64,000 bases of DNA, taken from NCBI GenBank assembly GCA_040755615.1, contig JBFMAL010000012.1, positions 7 through 64,006 of the forward strand, given 5' to 3'. Made by a program: the position numbers and the translations under genes. Below, one piece after another: positions 8,297 to 17,949 of the stretch (its first letter is position 1; the number at the start of each line of letters is the position of its first letter). A model generated the notes under the pieces. It worked only from the letters and a program-made list of their open reading frames with translations. It searched no databases and was not told the origin of the DNA. The DNA comes from Bacillota bacterium (GTDB lineage: Bacteria; Bacillota; Sulfobacillia; DUSP01; DYEP01).

Positions 8297-9339
8297 GGCC
8301 TCCGGATATCCAGCATCCTTCTTAATGCAAGTCTAGCAAATTCCGCAATTTCGCCGTCCACACGGATTACTCCTTCTGGGTTCCCACGTACCAGTGCCTC
8401 CAGAGCCGAAAGGAGCGAAGACGCACTGATGCGGTCCATCCCTGGACAGGGTCTTGCGTCCGGGTCGAGGCAGAACACTGCCTTATCAGGGTTTTGCCTG
8501 GCAAGCCTCTGCACAAGGTGAATTTCCGTTCCCACAACCCAGGCGGAACCTGCGGGAGCGCTCGTGACGAGTCGGATGAGATGCTCCGTGGACCCAACAT
8601 CATCCGCCAGGTCTACCACTTCACGCCTGCACTCGGGATGGACTACCACCATCGCGCCAGGATATTCGCGTCTTGCCTGCATCACGTGCTCCACTTTAAA
8701 CTCCGTGTGAACGCTGCAGTGCCCATCCCACACGATCAGCCGCGGCCTGGCCGCAGACAACACCCTCTTTTCCTGGCGCGACCAGCTGGCCACCTGCTCT
8801 GCGGCAAACCCCACCTTTGCAGCCGTATTCCTGCCCAGTTGCTCGTCAGGAAGAAACAGTATGGAGTCTCCCTGAGAAAGCGCCCATCTGAAGACCTGCT
8901 GGGCGTTGCTCGAAGTACAGGTCGCACCGCCGTACCTTCCGCAGAATGCCTTGACCTCTGCCGACGAGTTGACGTACGCGACCGGAACCGGCTCAAGATC
9001 CATCTTTAGAAGATACTCCCAGCATTCCTCCAGTTCCTTCCCGGTGGCCATGTCTGCAAGTGAACACCCGGCCTCCTCATCCGGCAGGATGACGCATCTT
9101 TCCCCCCGAGTGAGGATATCCGCAGTCTCCGCCATGAAACGCACACCGCAGAACACGATGTTCGGGCTGCATGACTCCTCCGCCACCCGCTTTGAGAGCA
9201 GGAACGAATCGCCTACAAAGTCGGCATGAGCGACTACCTCGTCTTTCTGGTAGTGATGACTGAGAATGGTCACACTGTCGCCGAGGGCCTTTTTTGCTAG
9301 AGTGATCCGTTCGAAGACATGTTCATGCACCACTATCAC
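8293..9339 (-). CDS. nadA: Quinolinate synthase
   Basis: HHYQ, FCGVRFMAETA, AGCSLAD, YVNSSA, GHCSVH, HPEC, GTE. Confidence 0.95.
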   Translation of the reverse strand: MIVVHEHVFERITLAKKALGDSVTILSHHYQKDEVVAHADFVGDSFLLSKRVAEESCSPNIVFCGVRFMAETADILTRGERCVILPDEEAGCSLADMATGKELEECWEYLLKMDLEPVPVAYVNSSAEVKAFCGRYGGATCTSSNAQQVFRWALSQGDSILFLPDEQLGRNTAAKVGFAAEQVASWSRQEKRVLSAARPRLIVWDGHCSVHTEFKVEHVMQARREYPGAMVVVHPECRREVVDLADDVGSTEHLIRLVTSAPAGSAWVVGTEIHLVQRLARQNPDKAVFCLDPDARPCPGMDRISASSLLSALEALVRGNPEGVIRVDGEIAEFARLALRRMLDIRRP

Positions 9340-9395
9340 TCCCTCGAAAATAAGCTTTTTCGTTGGCGGTGGCGACGATGAATCGTCATGAGGAG

Positions 9396-10232
9396 CTACC
9401 CAGCAACCAGTTTCATCGTGAGGTCAAGTGCAGGCACGGAGTGGGTCAGCCAGCCGAGAGAGATGAGGTCTACCCCCTGGGAAGCTACCTCTTTTGCGTT
9501 GTCAGGCGTGATACCGCCTGATGCCTCCACCAGGCATTTCTTGTTCACCGTCAGCACAGCCTGCCTGATGTGGGAGAGATCCATGTTATCAAGCAGGATG
9601 GCGTCCACCCCTGCTTCCTGCGCTTCCTTGACTTCGTCAAGATCTGTCACTTCCACCTCCACCCGGACCATGTGCCCTATGCGCCTTCTCACCAGGTCCA
9701 CCGCTTGTTTGATCCCTCCGGCGAGCACGATGTGGTTTTCCTTGATGAGCACACCATCATCAAGCCCAAACCTGTGATTCAATCCACCGCCCACCCTAAC
9801 GGCGTACTTGTCCAGCACCCTAAGCCCGGGTACGGTTTTTCTGGTGTCCACGACCCGTGCACCATATGGCTGTACTACCGCCACAACCTGCGCTGTAGCT
9901 GTAGCGATCCCTGACATTCTCTGAAGAAAATTGAGCGCCACCCGTTCAGCGCCAAGCAGCGCCCGGGCGGGGCCTATAATGCGTGCCAGGGTCTGTCCGG
10001 CATAGATCTCGTCACCGTCCGCCGCTTCGTGGACAACCCGGCACGAGGGATCCAGTTCCTGAAAGCAAAAGGCTGCCACGTGAAGCCCTGCCACGCGGCC
10101 GGGCTGCCTGGCCTGTATGACTGCTTCCGCGACGAGGTCAGGGTGAGCGATCGCCTCCCCCGTCAGGTCACCGCGACCAATATCCTCAAGGAGAGCGCGC
10201 TTCAGTAGGTCCGATAACACAAACCTATTCAA
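9396..10232 (-). CDS. nadC: Quinolinate phosphoribosyltransferase
   Basis: ERVALNFLQRMSGIAT, DTRKT, HRFGLDD, LLDNM, EASGGI. Confidence 0.97.
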   Translation of the reverse strand: MNRFVLSDLLKRALLEDIGRGDLTGEAIAHPDLVAEAVIQARQPGRVAGLHVAAFCFQELDPSCRVVHEAADGDEIYAGQTLARIIGPARALLGAERVALNFLQRMSGIATATAQVVAVVQPYGARVVDTRKTVPGLRVLDKYAVRVGGGLNHRFGLDDGVLIKENHIVLAGGIKQAVDLVRRRIGHMVRVEVEVTDLDEVKEAQEAGVDAILLDNMDLSHIRQAVLTVNKKCLVEASGGITPDNAKEVASQGVDLISLGWLTHSVPALDLTMKLVAG

Positions 10233-10249
10233 CCTTTACCATCTCCTTC

Positions 10250-11677
10250 TCACGAAACGATGTAATGTGAGCCAAGGCTCGTTTCGCGGCCAAGAGCTGC
10301 CTCCACAACTAGACGCGAAACCCGAAGCATATTTCGTAGTTCAAGGTCCGGGCTTCCACAATCCATCTGCGCGAGCTGCCGGGCGGCCTCATTCAGTCCG
10401 GCCTGTGTACGTACAATGCCCGCCTTCTCCCAGAGGAGTTTCTGGAGCGTTGTCCTGCCCCGAGAGTCTATGCTCCACGACGTCGCAATGAAGCGTGGGT
10501 CAGGGAGATAAAGTGGGCTCCCTTTGGGTTCGGCTGCTATCCTCCTGCTTACACGCCAGCCAAAGACAAGTCCCTCAAGTAAAGAATTACTTGCCAGCCG
10601 GTTGGCACCGTGCACGCCTGTGCACGCCGCTTCTCCTACAGCGTAAAGCCCTGGCATGCTTGTCCGTCCCCAAGTGTCTGTCGATACGCCCCCAATGGTG
10701 TAATGCGCTGCAGGGGTCACTGGCATCGGCTGGTAACGTGTGTCGATGCCCAGGTCCCTGCACGCCTCATGAATTGCAGGGAACCTCTCCGCGAACCTTT
10801 CGCCAAGATGCGTGGCGTCAAGATATACCTGTCTGCCGGCGGCGAGCCGCCGGTATACCGCCCGTGCCACTACGTCTCTTGGTGCCAGTTCCTCAACGAA
10901 CCTCTCGCCGCTGTCATCGATAAGCACTGCTCCCTCTCCTCTGACGGCCTCGGAAATGAGGAACAGGGGGGACGTCTCATCCCTGAGCGCCGTGGGGTGG
11001 AACTGGATGAATTCCATGCCCTTCACCGCCACCTTCACCTCCGAAGCCATTGCGATGCCGTCTCCGGTACATACAGGCGGGTTAGTCGTGTATGCATAAA
11101 TCTGGCCAGCCCCTCCCGTAGCCAGCACCACAGCGCGCGCGGCAAAACCGATCAAGCGGCCGGGTGGCTGGAGCGCCCACGCACCCCTGCAACGTCCCGA
11201 ATGCACCGCAAGCTCGGTGACAAATGTATCCTCATATACCGTAATGTTGGGGTGCTCTGCCGCCCTGTGAATCAGCACCTTCATGATGGCCGCGCCTGTT
11301 TGATCGCCGCCGCACCTCAAAATCCTGGGCACGCTGTGTGCAGCCTCCCTGGCCAGCGCGAACTGTCCGCCAGGCAGCGTATCAAACTGCACCCCGAGTG
11401 ATAAGAGCTCGTTAATGCAACCTGGCCCCGCTTTCGTCAGGACGTCCACCGCTTCTCGGTCTGACATCCCGTGGCCGGCAAAAAGAGTGTCTTTCGCATG
11501 CAGGGCCGGACTGTCTCCGGCTCCGATAGCGGAGGCGATCCCGCCCTGTGCAAGGCGGCTTGCCGAGTCGGCTATTTTTCCCTTGGTGACCACCGTCACC
11601 TGTCTTTCCCGGGCAAGCATAAGCGCAGTAAAAAGGCCCGAGATCCCGCTGCCGATAACGAGTACGTCACCAGTCAA
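10250..11677 (-). CDS. nadB: L-aspartate oxidase
   Basis: GSGISG FAD motif, AQGGIA, QFHPT, LISEAVRGEGA, GVHGANRLASNSLLE. Confidence 0.95.
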   Translation of the reverse strand: MTGDVLVIGSGISGLFTALMLARERQVTVVTKGKIADSASRLAQGGIASAIGAGDSPALHAKDTLFAGHGMSDREAVDVLTKAGPGCINELLSLGVQFDTLPGGQFALAREAAHSVPRILRCGGDQTGAAIMKVLIHRAAEHPNITVYEDTFVTELAVHSGRCRGAWALQPPGRLIGFAARAVVLATGGAGQIYAYTTNPPVCTGDGIAMASEVKVAVKGMEFIQFHPTALRDETSPLFLISEAVRGEGAVLIDDSGERFVEELAPRDVVARAVYRRLAAGRQVYLDATHLGERFAERFPAIHEACRDLGIDTRYQPMPVTPAAHYTIGGVSTDTWGRTSMPGLYAVGEAACTGVHGANRLASNSLLEGLVFGWRVSRRIAAEPKGSPLYLPDPRFIATSWSIDSRGRTTLQKLLWEKAGIVRTQAGLNEAARQLAQMDCGSPDLELRNMLRVSRLVVEAALGRETSLGSHYIVS

Positions 11678-11695
11678 GTACCTTCACCTCACTTC

Positions 11696-11736
11696 ATTAT
11701 TGACGGTCATCTTGTGTCTTGTCAAGTGACAAGACA
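11696..11736 (-). promoter_or_regulatory. nad operon promoter overlapped by a probable NiaR operator
   Basis: Perfect inverted repeat tgtcttgtca-ag-tgacaagaca (11715-11736) covering a TTGACA -35 (11725-11720); AATAAT 18 nt downstream. Confidence 0.7.
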
Positions 11737-11868
11737 GTGGGGTCAACAATGGTCCTGCTAGAAAGCGCAGCAGCTGTGACGGGACCTCCATGGGGGCGCA
11801 GGTTACACCTGCCATTTGGCATCGCTCTGAATTCGGTCTGAACACAGGGCGAATAATACTATCTAGGG

Positions 11869-12330
11869 GTGAAGTGGTCGATAAAGGACTCTGTGATCCA
11901 GGTGACCGTTACTGGGACCGTCGGGGCGGCTGTTATGAATCTCCTGGTACTACTGCTCATTCTTCTGGGCGTCCCCACCGTATCTCCATGGGCGGTGGCA
12001 GCAGACGTGTTTCTCACAAAGGTAATGGGGAACACGCCTGCAGGCACCCTCATCGGGCTCATCGGCACACTGGCCCTGAACATCTTCTCGGCATTCCTCA
12101 TCCTACTTGTGCTGAGGTGGAGCGGGTATGACTTTGCCATCATCAAGGGCGTGCTTACAATCAACGCGTTTTCCTTCGTAACTATGGGCCTCTTCATGCC
12201 TCCTTTGAGGATTGCCCCGCAAGTTCAGGTGGGACCCGTCACGAATCTCGTGGCGCTCACAGTGCTTACGATTACCGGAGGGTTGATAGCTGGCCTATTA
12301 AGGAGGTTTCACACAATCTACGTACCCTGA
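11869..12330 (+). CDS. Hypothetical 4-TM membrane protein
   Basis: Four hydrophobic segments; begins ..IKD and contains ..IIKG, like the convergent pseudogene. Confidence 0.7.
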   Translation: MKWSIKDSVIQVTVTGTVGAAVMNLLVLLLILLGVPTVSPWAVAADVFLTKVMGNTPAGTLIGLIGTLALNIFSAFLILLVLRWSGYDFAIIKGVLTINAFSFVTMGLFMPPLRIAPQVQVGPVTNLVALTVLTITGGLIAGLLRRFHTIYVP

Positions 12331-12339
12331 CCCGGTGCG

Positions 12340-12886
12340 CGGATAGACGCAGGTGCTGGTCCGGGCATCAGGCGTCTGTGAAAGAGGTTAATCTCTTCAG
12401 GTTCGTCGATACACTCAGTCAGATTCCGAGGCTGAAACAGCCTGCTGTCACCGAGGTTTGCCAGTATCGCCATTTTAGTTACCCCGAACACACAGTGTGC
12501 CAGGCATGCAATAAGGGCGTCCTTGGGTTTAACGGATAAATGGCGGTTGCTCCAAGCTTTGACATGACCCGTAGAGGGCAGTCCATTCAGCCGCCCCCAG
12601 CGCAGCCCCTCTGATGAAGTATTTGTCTTTTCCCATGAAGGTTAGACAGTAGCAGCAGCTTACACCCGGTCCTGCAGCGATCAAGTAGTCCGCAATGGTA
12701 CCCACCGCACTGCCGTAGGGTGTATTGATATCTGCTTTGCTGACGAAGATGCCCCGCAGCCTTTTGCTTTCCAGTGGACTTGTAGTCTCCCCATGTGGCA
12801 AAGACTGCCTCTACAGCGCATTTGGCCAAGTTCCCGCCAAGACCTGCGACGATTAAAAGCCAAAAGCGGTCTGTGATCTTTTTCAT
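12340..12886 (-). pseudogene. Frameshifted 4-TM membrane protein gene
   Basis: Reads MKKITDRFWLLIVAGLGGNLAK..KAAG / IFVSK..GKDKYFIRGAALGAAEWTALYG / VMSKLGATAIYP / VKPKDALIACLAHCVFG..LGDSRLFQP across three frameshifts; 3' end approximate. Confidence 0.7.
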
Positions 12887-13024
12887 CCCGACTGAACACC
12901 CCATACATCTTATTTGCAGTGAACCGGGACGATTATTTGCAAAAAGCCCCGGACAACAATTGTATAGGAGTATGAAGCCAGGCTGCTCGCGCAAGTTCAA
13001 AAGAGCAAGGCGATTACGCCTTTT

Positions 13025-13795
13025 TCAGTCAGGTGCGGGAAGGCCTCTGGCCCTCAACCGTTCTTTCAGATAGCCTGTAAATTCACCGGTACTTACCGGC
13101 CCAGCGAAAGGGGCCTCGTTATCAATGTAAATGTTTTCGTCACCACAGCGCAGCGCATCGCTCCGGTCGCTGATCAGCCGCTCGCTGGTGACCACATACT
13201 CTGAAAACCGCAGGGCATCCGCGAGCCGGGCGCGGAAGTATTGCATGATCCAGGGGCACCTGCCACTCATGACCGCCTCTACCCGTACCCGTCCATCCGG
13301 TGCGACAGACCTTTCGGGCGGAAGGTACGATACATGAGCGTCAGAATTGTTCTTTCTAAGAAGGACCGTTGCAGGCGGGCAGCACTGCTGCATGGTGAAT
13401 CCGAACCTCTCGAAAAACGGCACCGGCATCCAATCAGGATAAGTTACAACTGCGATACCCTTTGAACCCGCTGACGCCAAAAGCACCTTGTCCATGAGAG
13501 ACCTTGCGATACCCTTCCTCTGGGCTCCAGGAAGTACCCAAAGGCACCGGATCACCCAGAGGCCTTCACCTTCAAGCGGTAGGGGGGCCGCGTCAGAAGG
13601 CATCACCTCGGTGCGACCCACCGGTTCGCCACCTTGGAACGCAGCGAATACGCGGGCGCCCAGCGCAGCGGCCTGCCGATGCGCTTCCCGGCTTTCCCAA
13701 AGGACGCTCTCGGGATCAGACCCGGGTACTGTACACATCCGGTTGACGCTGTCGATGTGATCCGCACCCACTTCCTCGATCCTGAAAACTTCCAT
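13025..13795 (-). CDS. GNAT N-acetyltransferase (YoaP-like C-terminus)
   Basis: IRCLWV..AQRKGIARSL acetyl-CoA motif, FFERFGF, C-terminal RCPW. Confidence 0.85.
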   Translation of the reverse strand: MEVFRIEEVGADHIDSVNRMCTVPGSDPESVLWESREAHRQAAALGARVFAAFQGGEPVGRTEVMPSDAAPLPLEGEGLWVIRCLWVLPGAQRKGIARSLMDKVLLASAGSKGIAVVTYPDWMPVPFFERFGFTMQQCCPPATVLLRKNNSDAHVSYLPPERSVAPDGRVRVEAVMSGRCPWIMQYFRARLADALRFSEYVVTSERLISDRSDALRCGDENIYIDNEAPFAGPVSTGEFTGYLKERLRARGLPAPD

Positions 13796-13869
13796 CGTAC
13801 CTTCCCGCCTCTCCCTGTCATATTCAGGTTCTTATGCATGCTTCGTGTATTGCAATGATTTCCCTCCCA

Positions 13870-13896
13870 TGAAACCAAAAGCCCAACGACAACGTC
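13870..13896 (+). promoter_or_regulatory. ECF-sigma (SigW/SigM-like) promoter
   Basis: TGAAAC-N17-CGTC. Confidence 0.7.
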
Positions 13897-14059
13897 AAAG
13901 GGGATTAGTGATTCTTGTCCAAGGAAATTCCGGTCGGACATATGCTGTATTGTGGCGTGTGTAGAGGCAGACAGTAATTACAAATTGAAAGAGAACATAG
14001 CCCGAATGCGGTGCGAGGTTTTTGCCGAAGACACCGATTTGGCTGTAAGGAGGACCCAC

Positions 14060-14572
14060 ATGAAGAAACTTTACAGGTCCAAGCACCAGCGTATGCTGGG
14101 CGGGGTCTCGGGAGGCCTTGCCGAGTACTTCGAGACTGACATCGTGTTAGTGAGGCTCGCGTGGGTAGTGTTCGGGGTGCTGACCGGCGGCATCGGTGCT
14201 CTCCTCGCCTACATCGTCGCATGGATCCTTATACCGGAGGAACCGGACGTCCCAAAATCTTGTCGCGTGCACACAGATGCCAGTGAACCACTGCGAGAAG
14301 AACCAGGAAAACAGGCAAGTGAGCCCGGCGAGGCGCAAGGTGATGGCGCCCCTCCGCAGGACGCACGCGATGTACCCCGGGGCTCAGATGGAGGCTCGGC
14401 TCAGAGGCTATTCGGGTTCATCCTTGTCGGCCTTGGAGCGCTCCTGTTTCTTGACAGGTTGCTTCCTGTGCATTACAGGATGCTGTTGAGCCAGTCATTG
14501 AGCCGCCTGTGGCCGCTACTCATCATAGCGCTCGGAGTAGCAATGCTCGTTAAGGGTGCAAGGAGGGAATAG
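14060..14572 (+). CDS. PspC-domain membrane protein with C-terminal LiaI/LiaF-like TM hairpin
   Basis: MKKLYRS..RMLGGVSGGLAEYF..LVRL..AYIVAWILIPEE; C-terminal LWPLLIIALG; AAGGAGG SD. Confidence 0.9.
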   Translation: MKKLYRSKHQRMLGGVSGGLAEYFETDIVLVRLAWVVFGVLTGGIGALLAYIVAWILIPEEPDVPKSCRVHTDASEPLREEPGKQASEPGEAQGDGAPPQDARDVPRGSDGGSAQRLFGFILVGLGALLFLDRLLPVHYRMLLSQSLSRLWPLLIIALGVAMLVKGARRE

Positions 14573-14578
14573 AGAGGG

Positions 14579-15508
14579 ATGGCGCTCCGGTCTATATTCA
14601 GCGGTGTTGCGCTTATTCTCATAGGGCTCCTACTCCTTGGCAATACCCTTGGCTATGTTTCATGGGCAGTATGGCTGCAAGTACTCCAGTTCTGGCCCTT
14701 GCTCCTCGTAGGAATTGGCCTTGACCTCATCTTCAGGCGCTGGCGGATGCCTGCCTTTCCTGCAGCGATCATCGCCATGGTCATACTCGGTTGTACCATA
14801 AAGCCCGGGCTCCCCCCTTACTACCGCTACAATTACATCTACCAGTACACTCCATGGAGATACATGAGGAGCCCGGTGCCCCAGCTCAGGCAGACCATCA
14901 TTGAAAGGCCCCTGGAGGTAACGAAAGCCAATCTCAGCTTCGAGTTCGGAGGGATCAACCTCGACCTTCGCGAAGGCTCAGACCAGCTGTTCTCCGGCAG
15001 CTTCGACTACTGCTACGACGCACCATCTGTCGCGTATGAGCGCAGGGGCGACATCGCGGATGTGCGGATCAGGCAGGAATCCATCACTGGAAACCTTCCG
15101 AATATGGAGTGGGACGTCAGGCTCTCAGACAGCGTTGAATTCAACATCGAGCTGCGGGGAGGTGCCGCCAGGGCGGTACTGGACTTCAGTTCAATAAGGA
15201 TATCCTCGGTGGACATCGCCCTCGGCGCTTCTGACTTAAGGATGATATTCGGAGATAACGGTACTCACTCTGATGTGAATGTGAGTACGGGAGCGTCAAG
15301 CATAACTGTGGTCGTGCCCCAATCCGTCGGTATCAGAATCAACGTGAATGAACACTTCACCACCAGGCATAACCTGGATGACGCAGGGCTGATCAAGAGG
15401 GGGGGAGTCTGGGAGTCGCCCGATTACGAGTCAGCGGCGACCCGGGTGGACATGGTAGTCAGCTCCGCAGTATCCTCGTTCCGCTTGGAAAAGCCGCGCG
15501 TGCATTAG
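14579..15508 (+). CDS. LiaF-like envelope-stress protein (TM hairpin + beta-solenoid 'toast rack' domain)
   Basis: GVALILIGLLLLGNTLG..QFWPLLLVGIG; repeated beta motifs (GGAA, LGAS, TGAS). Confidence 0.8.
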   Translation: MALRSIFSGVALILIGLLLLGNTLGYVSWAVWLQVLQFWPLLLVGIGLDLIFRRWRMPAFPAAIIAMVILGCTIKPGLPPYYRYNYIYQYTPWRYMRSPVPQLRQTIIERPLEVTKANLSFEFGGINLDLREGSDQLFSGSFDYCYDAPSVAYERRGDIADVRIRQESITGNLPNMEWDVRLSDSVEFNIELRGGAARAVLDFSSIRISSVDIALGASDLRMIFGDNGTHSDVNVSTGASSITVVVPQSVGIRINVNEHFTTRHNLDDAGLIKRGGVWESPDYESAATRVDMVVSSAVSSFRLEKPRVH

Positions 15509-15612
15509 TATACTTAACCTGGGGCATGCATTACCGGACGTGTCCGTTCCTTGATGGACCCTTGACCCAGCAGCGAGGTTTTCCTGTTTCCATTATTTTA
15601 ACCTGTTCTTTC

Positions 15613-15639
15613 ATGAACTGTTTGGTCAGACCTTCCGTC
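15613..15639 (+). promoter_or_regulatory. ECF-sigma-type promoter
   Basis: ATGAAC-N17-CGTC. Confidence 0.6.
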
Positions 15640-15677
15640 AAAAGAAGAAAGAACACTTGGAAAGGAGGCCAAATACC

Positions 15678-16508
15678 ATGAAGACCCGGGCCTTTCTGAT
15701 ACCGTTAATTACTCTAATAGTTCTGTCTCTGTTCCTGGCTGCAGGTTGTGCAAAGGGCAGCGAGAAACCCAGGACGCCGCCGGCCAATACGGCTGATCCG
15801 GGAGCGAAACCCGACGACACCCAGCAGGATGCATCCTTAACAGCCCCCAGGACGCCTGGCGCACATCAGACCGACGACGTAGGTCCAGAAAAGGAAGACG
15901 ACGTGATAAGGCTGCGGCCTGTGGATCAGTCCGGCAAAAATCCATCGTTCAAGGCGTTCCGGGACAAGCTGCTTGATGCCATCGCCCGTCGCGACAAGGA
16001 CTTCATTCTTGAAATAATCCACCCGGATATCACAGTAAGCTTTGGGGGCGAATCAGGGCGTGACGCCTTTATCAAGCACTGGAACCTGGACGAGGAAAAC
16101 TCAAGTCTCTGGGACGAGCTGGGCGATATCCTCCGGCTCGGCGGCACGTTCAGCGCGGATATGAAGACATTCACAGCGCCTTACGTGTTTACACTATTTC
16201 CCTCCCAGTTTGACGAGTTCCAGTATGCGGCGGTCACGGGAGACGGCGTGAACATCCGGGCAAAGCCGGGCCTTGACGCTCCGGTGTTAGGCAGTGTCTC
16301 TTACGAAATCGTCCGTGCTGACCCAGCCCTCGTGGGTCCTACAATAACGCTAGACGGCAGAGAGTACGGTTGGGTGAAAGTGGAGACGCTGTCAGGAGTT
16401 AAAGGCTACATCTCCGCCAAATATGTGAGAAGCCCTATCGCCTACCGGGTCTCCTTCGAGCAAGTAGGCGATAAGTGGCTCATGAAGTACCTGGTTCAAG
16501 GCGATTGA
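15678..16508 (+). CDS. Lipoprotein with a C-terminal bacterial SH3 domain
   Basis: Lipobox LAAGC; VNIRAKPG..WVKV..GYISAKYVRSP; AAGGAGG SD before ATG 15678. Confidence 0.85.
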   Translation: MKTRAFLIPLITLIVLSLFLAAGCAKGSEKPRTPPANTADPGAKPDDTQQDASLTAPRTPGAHQTDDVGPEKEDDVIRLRPVDQSGKNPSFKAFRDKLLDAIARRDKDFILEIIHPDITVSFGGESGRDAFIKHWNLDEENSSLWDELGDILRLGGTFSADMKTFTAPYVFTLFPSQFDEFQYAAVTGDGVNIRAKPGLDAPVLGSVSYEIVRADPALVGPTITLDGREYGWVKVETLSGVKGYISAKYVRSPIAYRVSFEQVGDKWLMKYLVQGD

Positions 16509-16525
16509 GGCCGAGTGTTACCCTC

Positions 16526-16556
16526 GGGCCACCGGAAGCGGTGGCCCTTTCTTGTT
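16526..16556 (+). terminator. Rho-independent terminator
   Basis: gggccaccg-gaag-cggtggccc plus tttcttgtt. Confidence 0.75.
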
Positions 16557-16736
16557 GTTGTCGCGCCCTGTCTCCTTTTCCTCGCGGCATATAGGTTACA
16601 TAAGATGCCACATTATGGCCTGCCTGAAATTACCTTACGTATTTCAGCAGGACTTCCCTCTCCTGAGGCGAATTTCCTAATTTACGTAAAATATGGCGCG
16701 TTGGGATTCTGTACCAGGAGAAAGGAGTGTACTTTC

Positions 16737-17531
16737 TTGAAGACAGGGCGTAGACTAAAATACCTTGCGCTGTGGACTGTCGTGACCGTGGTGCTGTTTT
16801 CGGCTCTGGCAGAGGCGAGCACCGTCCACGTGGTGAGGCCGGGAGAAACACTGTACCTCTTGGCACGCCAGTATGGAGTAAGCGTTGACGAACTGGCAGA
16901 CGCAAACTCGGTGTCGGACCCGCGCAACCTGCGGGTCGGTACGAAGCTGGTGATTCCAGCCGCACCTGGCGAAGGCACCGTCTATATGGTCTCACCAGGC
17001 GATACGCTCTACAGCATCGCTCTGCGATACGGCAGCACCATACAAGCATTACGCTCCGCGAACGGTCTTGAGGGCGATGTCCTGTTGCCCGGTATGAAGC
17101 TCAATGTACCCGGCTCCGGAGCCGCGCAGGCGTCGGGCGCCCTCGCCCTGCCATGGTCCCAGGTGGACAGGCTGTTCCCCCGAGGCAGTACCGCCTTAAT
17201 CACCGACGTACGTACGGGTTTATCATTCACCGTCCGGCGCCGCGGAGGCTGGGCACACGCGGACGTAGAGCCTCTCACAGCGAAGGACACCCAAACGCTG
17301 AAGCGCATCTACGGAGGGGCATGGAGCTGGTCGAGGCGTCCCATAGTGGTACAGGTGTCTTCGTACCGCATTGCTGCCAGCATGAACGGTATGCCGCACG
17401 GCGGCTCATCCGTCTCGGACAACGGGTTCCCTGGACACCACTGCATCCACTTCCTTGGAAGCACGACGCACGGTACACGGAAGCTTGATCCCGCCCATCA
17501 GGCTGCCGTTAAGGAAGCAGTCGGCAAGTAG
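16737..17531 (+). CDS. Secreted protein with two LysM domains and a conserved C-terminal domain (HADVEP..ASMNGMPHG..GHHCIHF)
   Basis: Signal peptide; HVVRPGETLYLLARQYG and YMVSPGDTLYSIALRYG; AAGGAG SD before TTG 16737. Confidence 0.88.
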   Translation: MKTGRRLKYLALWTVVTVVLFSALAEASTVHVVRPGETLYLLARQYGVSVDELADANSVSDPRNLRVGTKLVIPAAPGEGTVYMVSPGDTLYSIALRYGSTIQALRSANGLEGDVLLPGMKLNVPGSGAAQASGALALPWSQVDRLFPRGSTALITDVRTGLSFTVRRRGGWAHADVEPLTAKDTQTLKRIYGGAWSWSRRPIVVQVSSYRIAASMNGMPHGGSSVSDNGFPGHHCIHFLGSTTHGTRKLDPAHQAAVKEAVGK

Positions 17532-17540
17532 AGGCAACTG

Positions 17541-17571
17541 TCGGTGGGCGGTGACTCACCACGCCCACCGA
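17541..17571. terminator. Hairpin between convergent LysM and ger genes
   Basis: tcggtgggcg / cgcccaccga 10-bp stem. Confidence 0.65.
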
Positions 17572-17707
17572 TGCTATGTTTAAGCCGATCGTACGTGATC
17601 TCAGCGTCTCCTGCCTAAGCCTGCTGCTGAAGCGCCGCCGGAGCGACGGAGTTTGCACACAGGATGAGGCGCCCGCGCCAACGCCCTACGGGGTAGCAGC
17701 CCCCCTG

Positions 17708-17929
17708 TTATCGCGGCAAGTATCGTTCTAGCCTGAGGCTTTGGAAGAAGGTGGTGATCATCCTCGTCGGTCTGGGGATGGGTATATCCGCTATAACCAC
17801 AACGCCGTAAGCGGTGGACAGGAGCCACACCAGAGCTAACACTACCAGTTCACGCCACCATCGTTTCCGGATTAAGGATGGTGCCTCGATCACAGCGATC
17901 ACGACCATCAGCAGGATGAACCAGAACAT
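17708..17929 (-). CDS. Small 2-TM germinant receptor 'D' subunit-like protein
   Basis: 73 aa, TM-EAPSLIRKRWWREL-TM-IPRP; GAGGGG SD; directly after gerC. Confidence 0.75.
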   Translation of the reverse strand: MFWFILLMVVIAVIEAPSLIRKRWWRELVVLALVWLLSTAYGVVVIADIPIPRPTRMITTFFQSLRLERYLPR

Positions 17930-17949
17930 GACAGTGCCCCCTCACTTGC

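Noticed and set aside
11820-11875. ATCGCT..GGGGTGAA resembling the ydaO (c-di-AMP) riboswitch
   Set aside because: It lacks the GGGGGAACC block and the required stems; GGGGTG is just the SD/start region.
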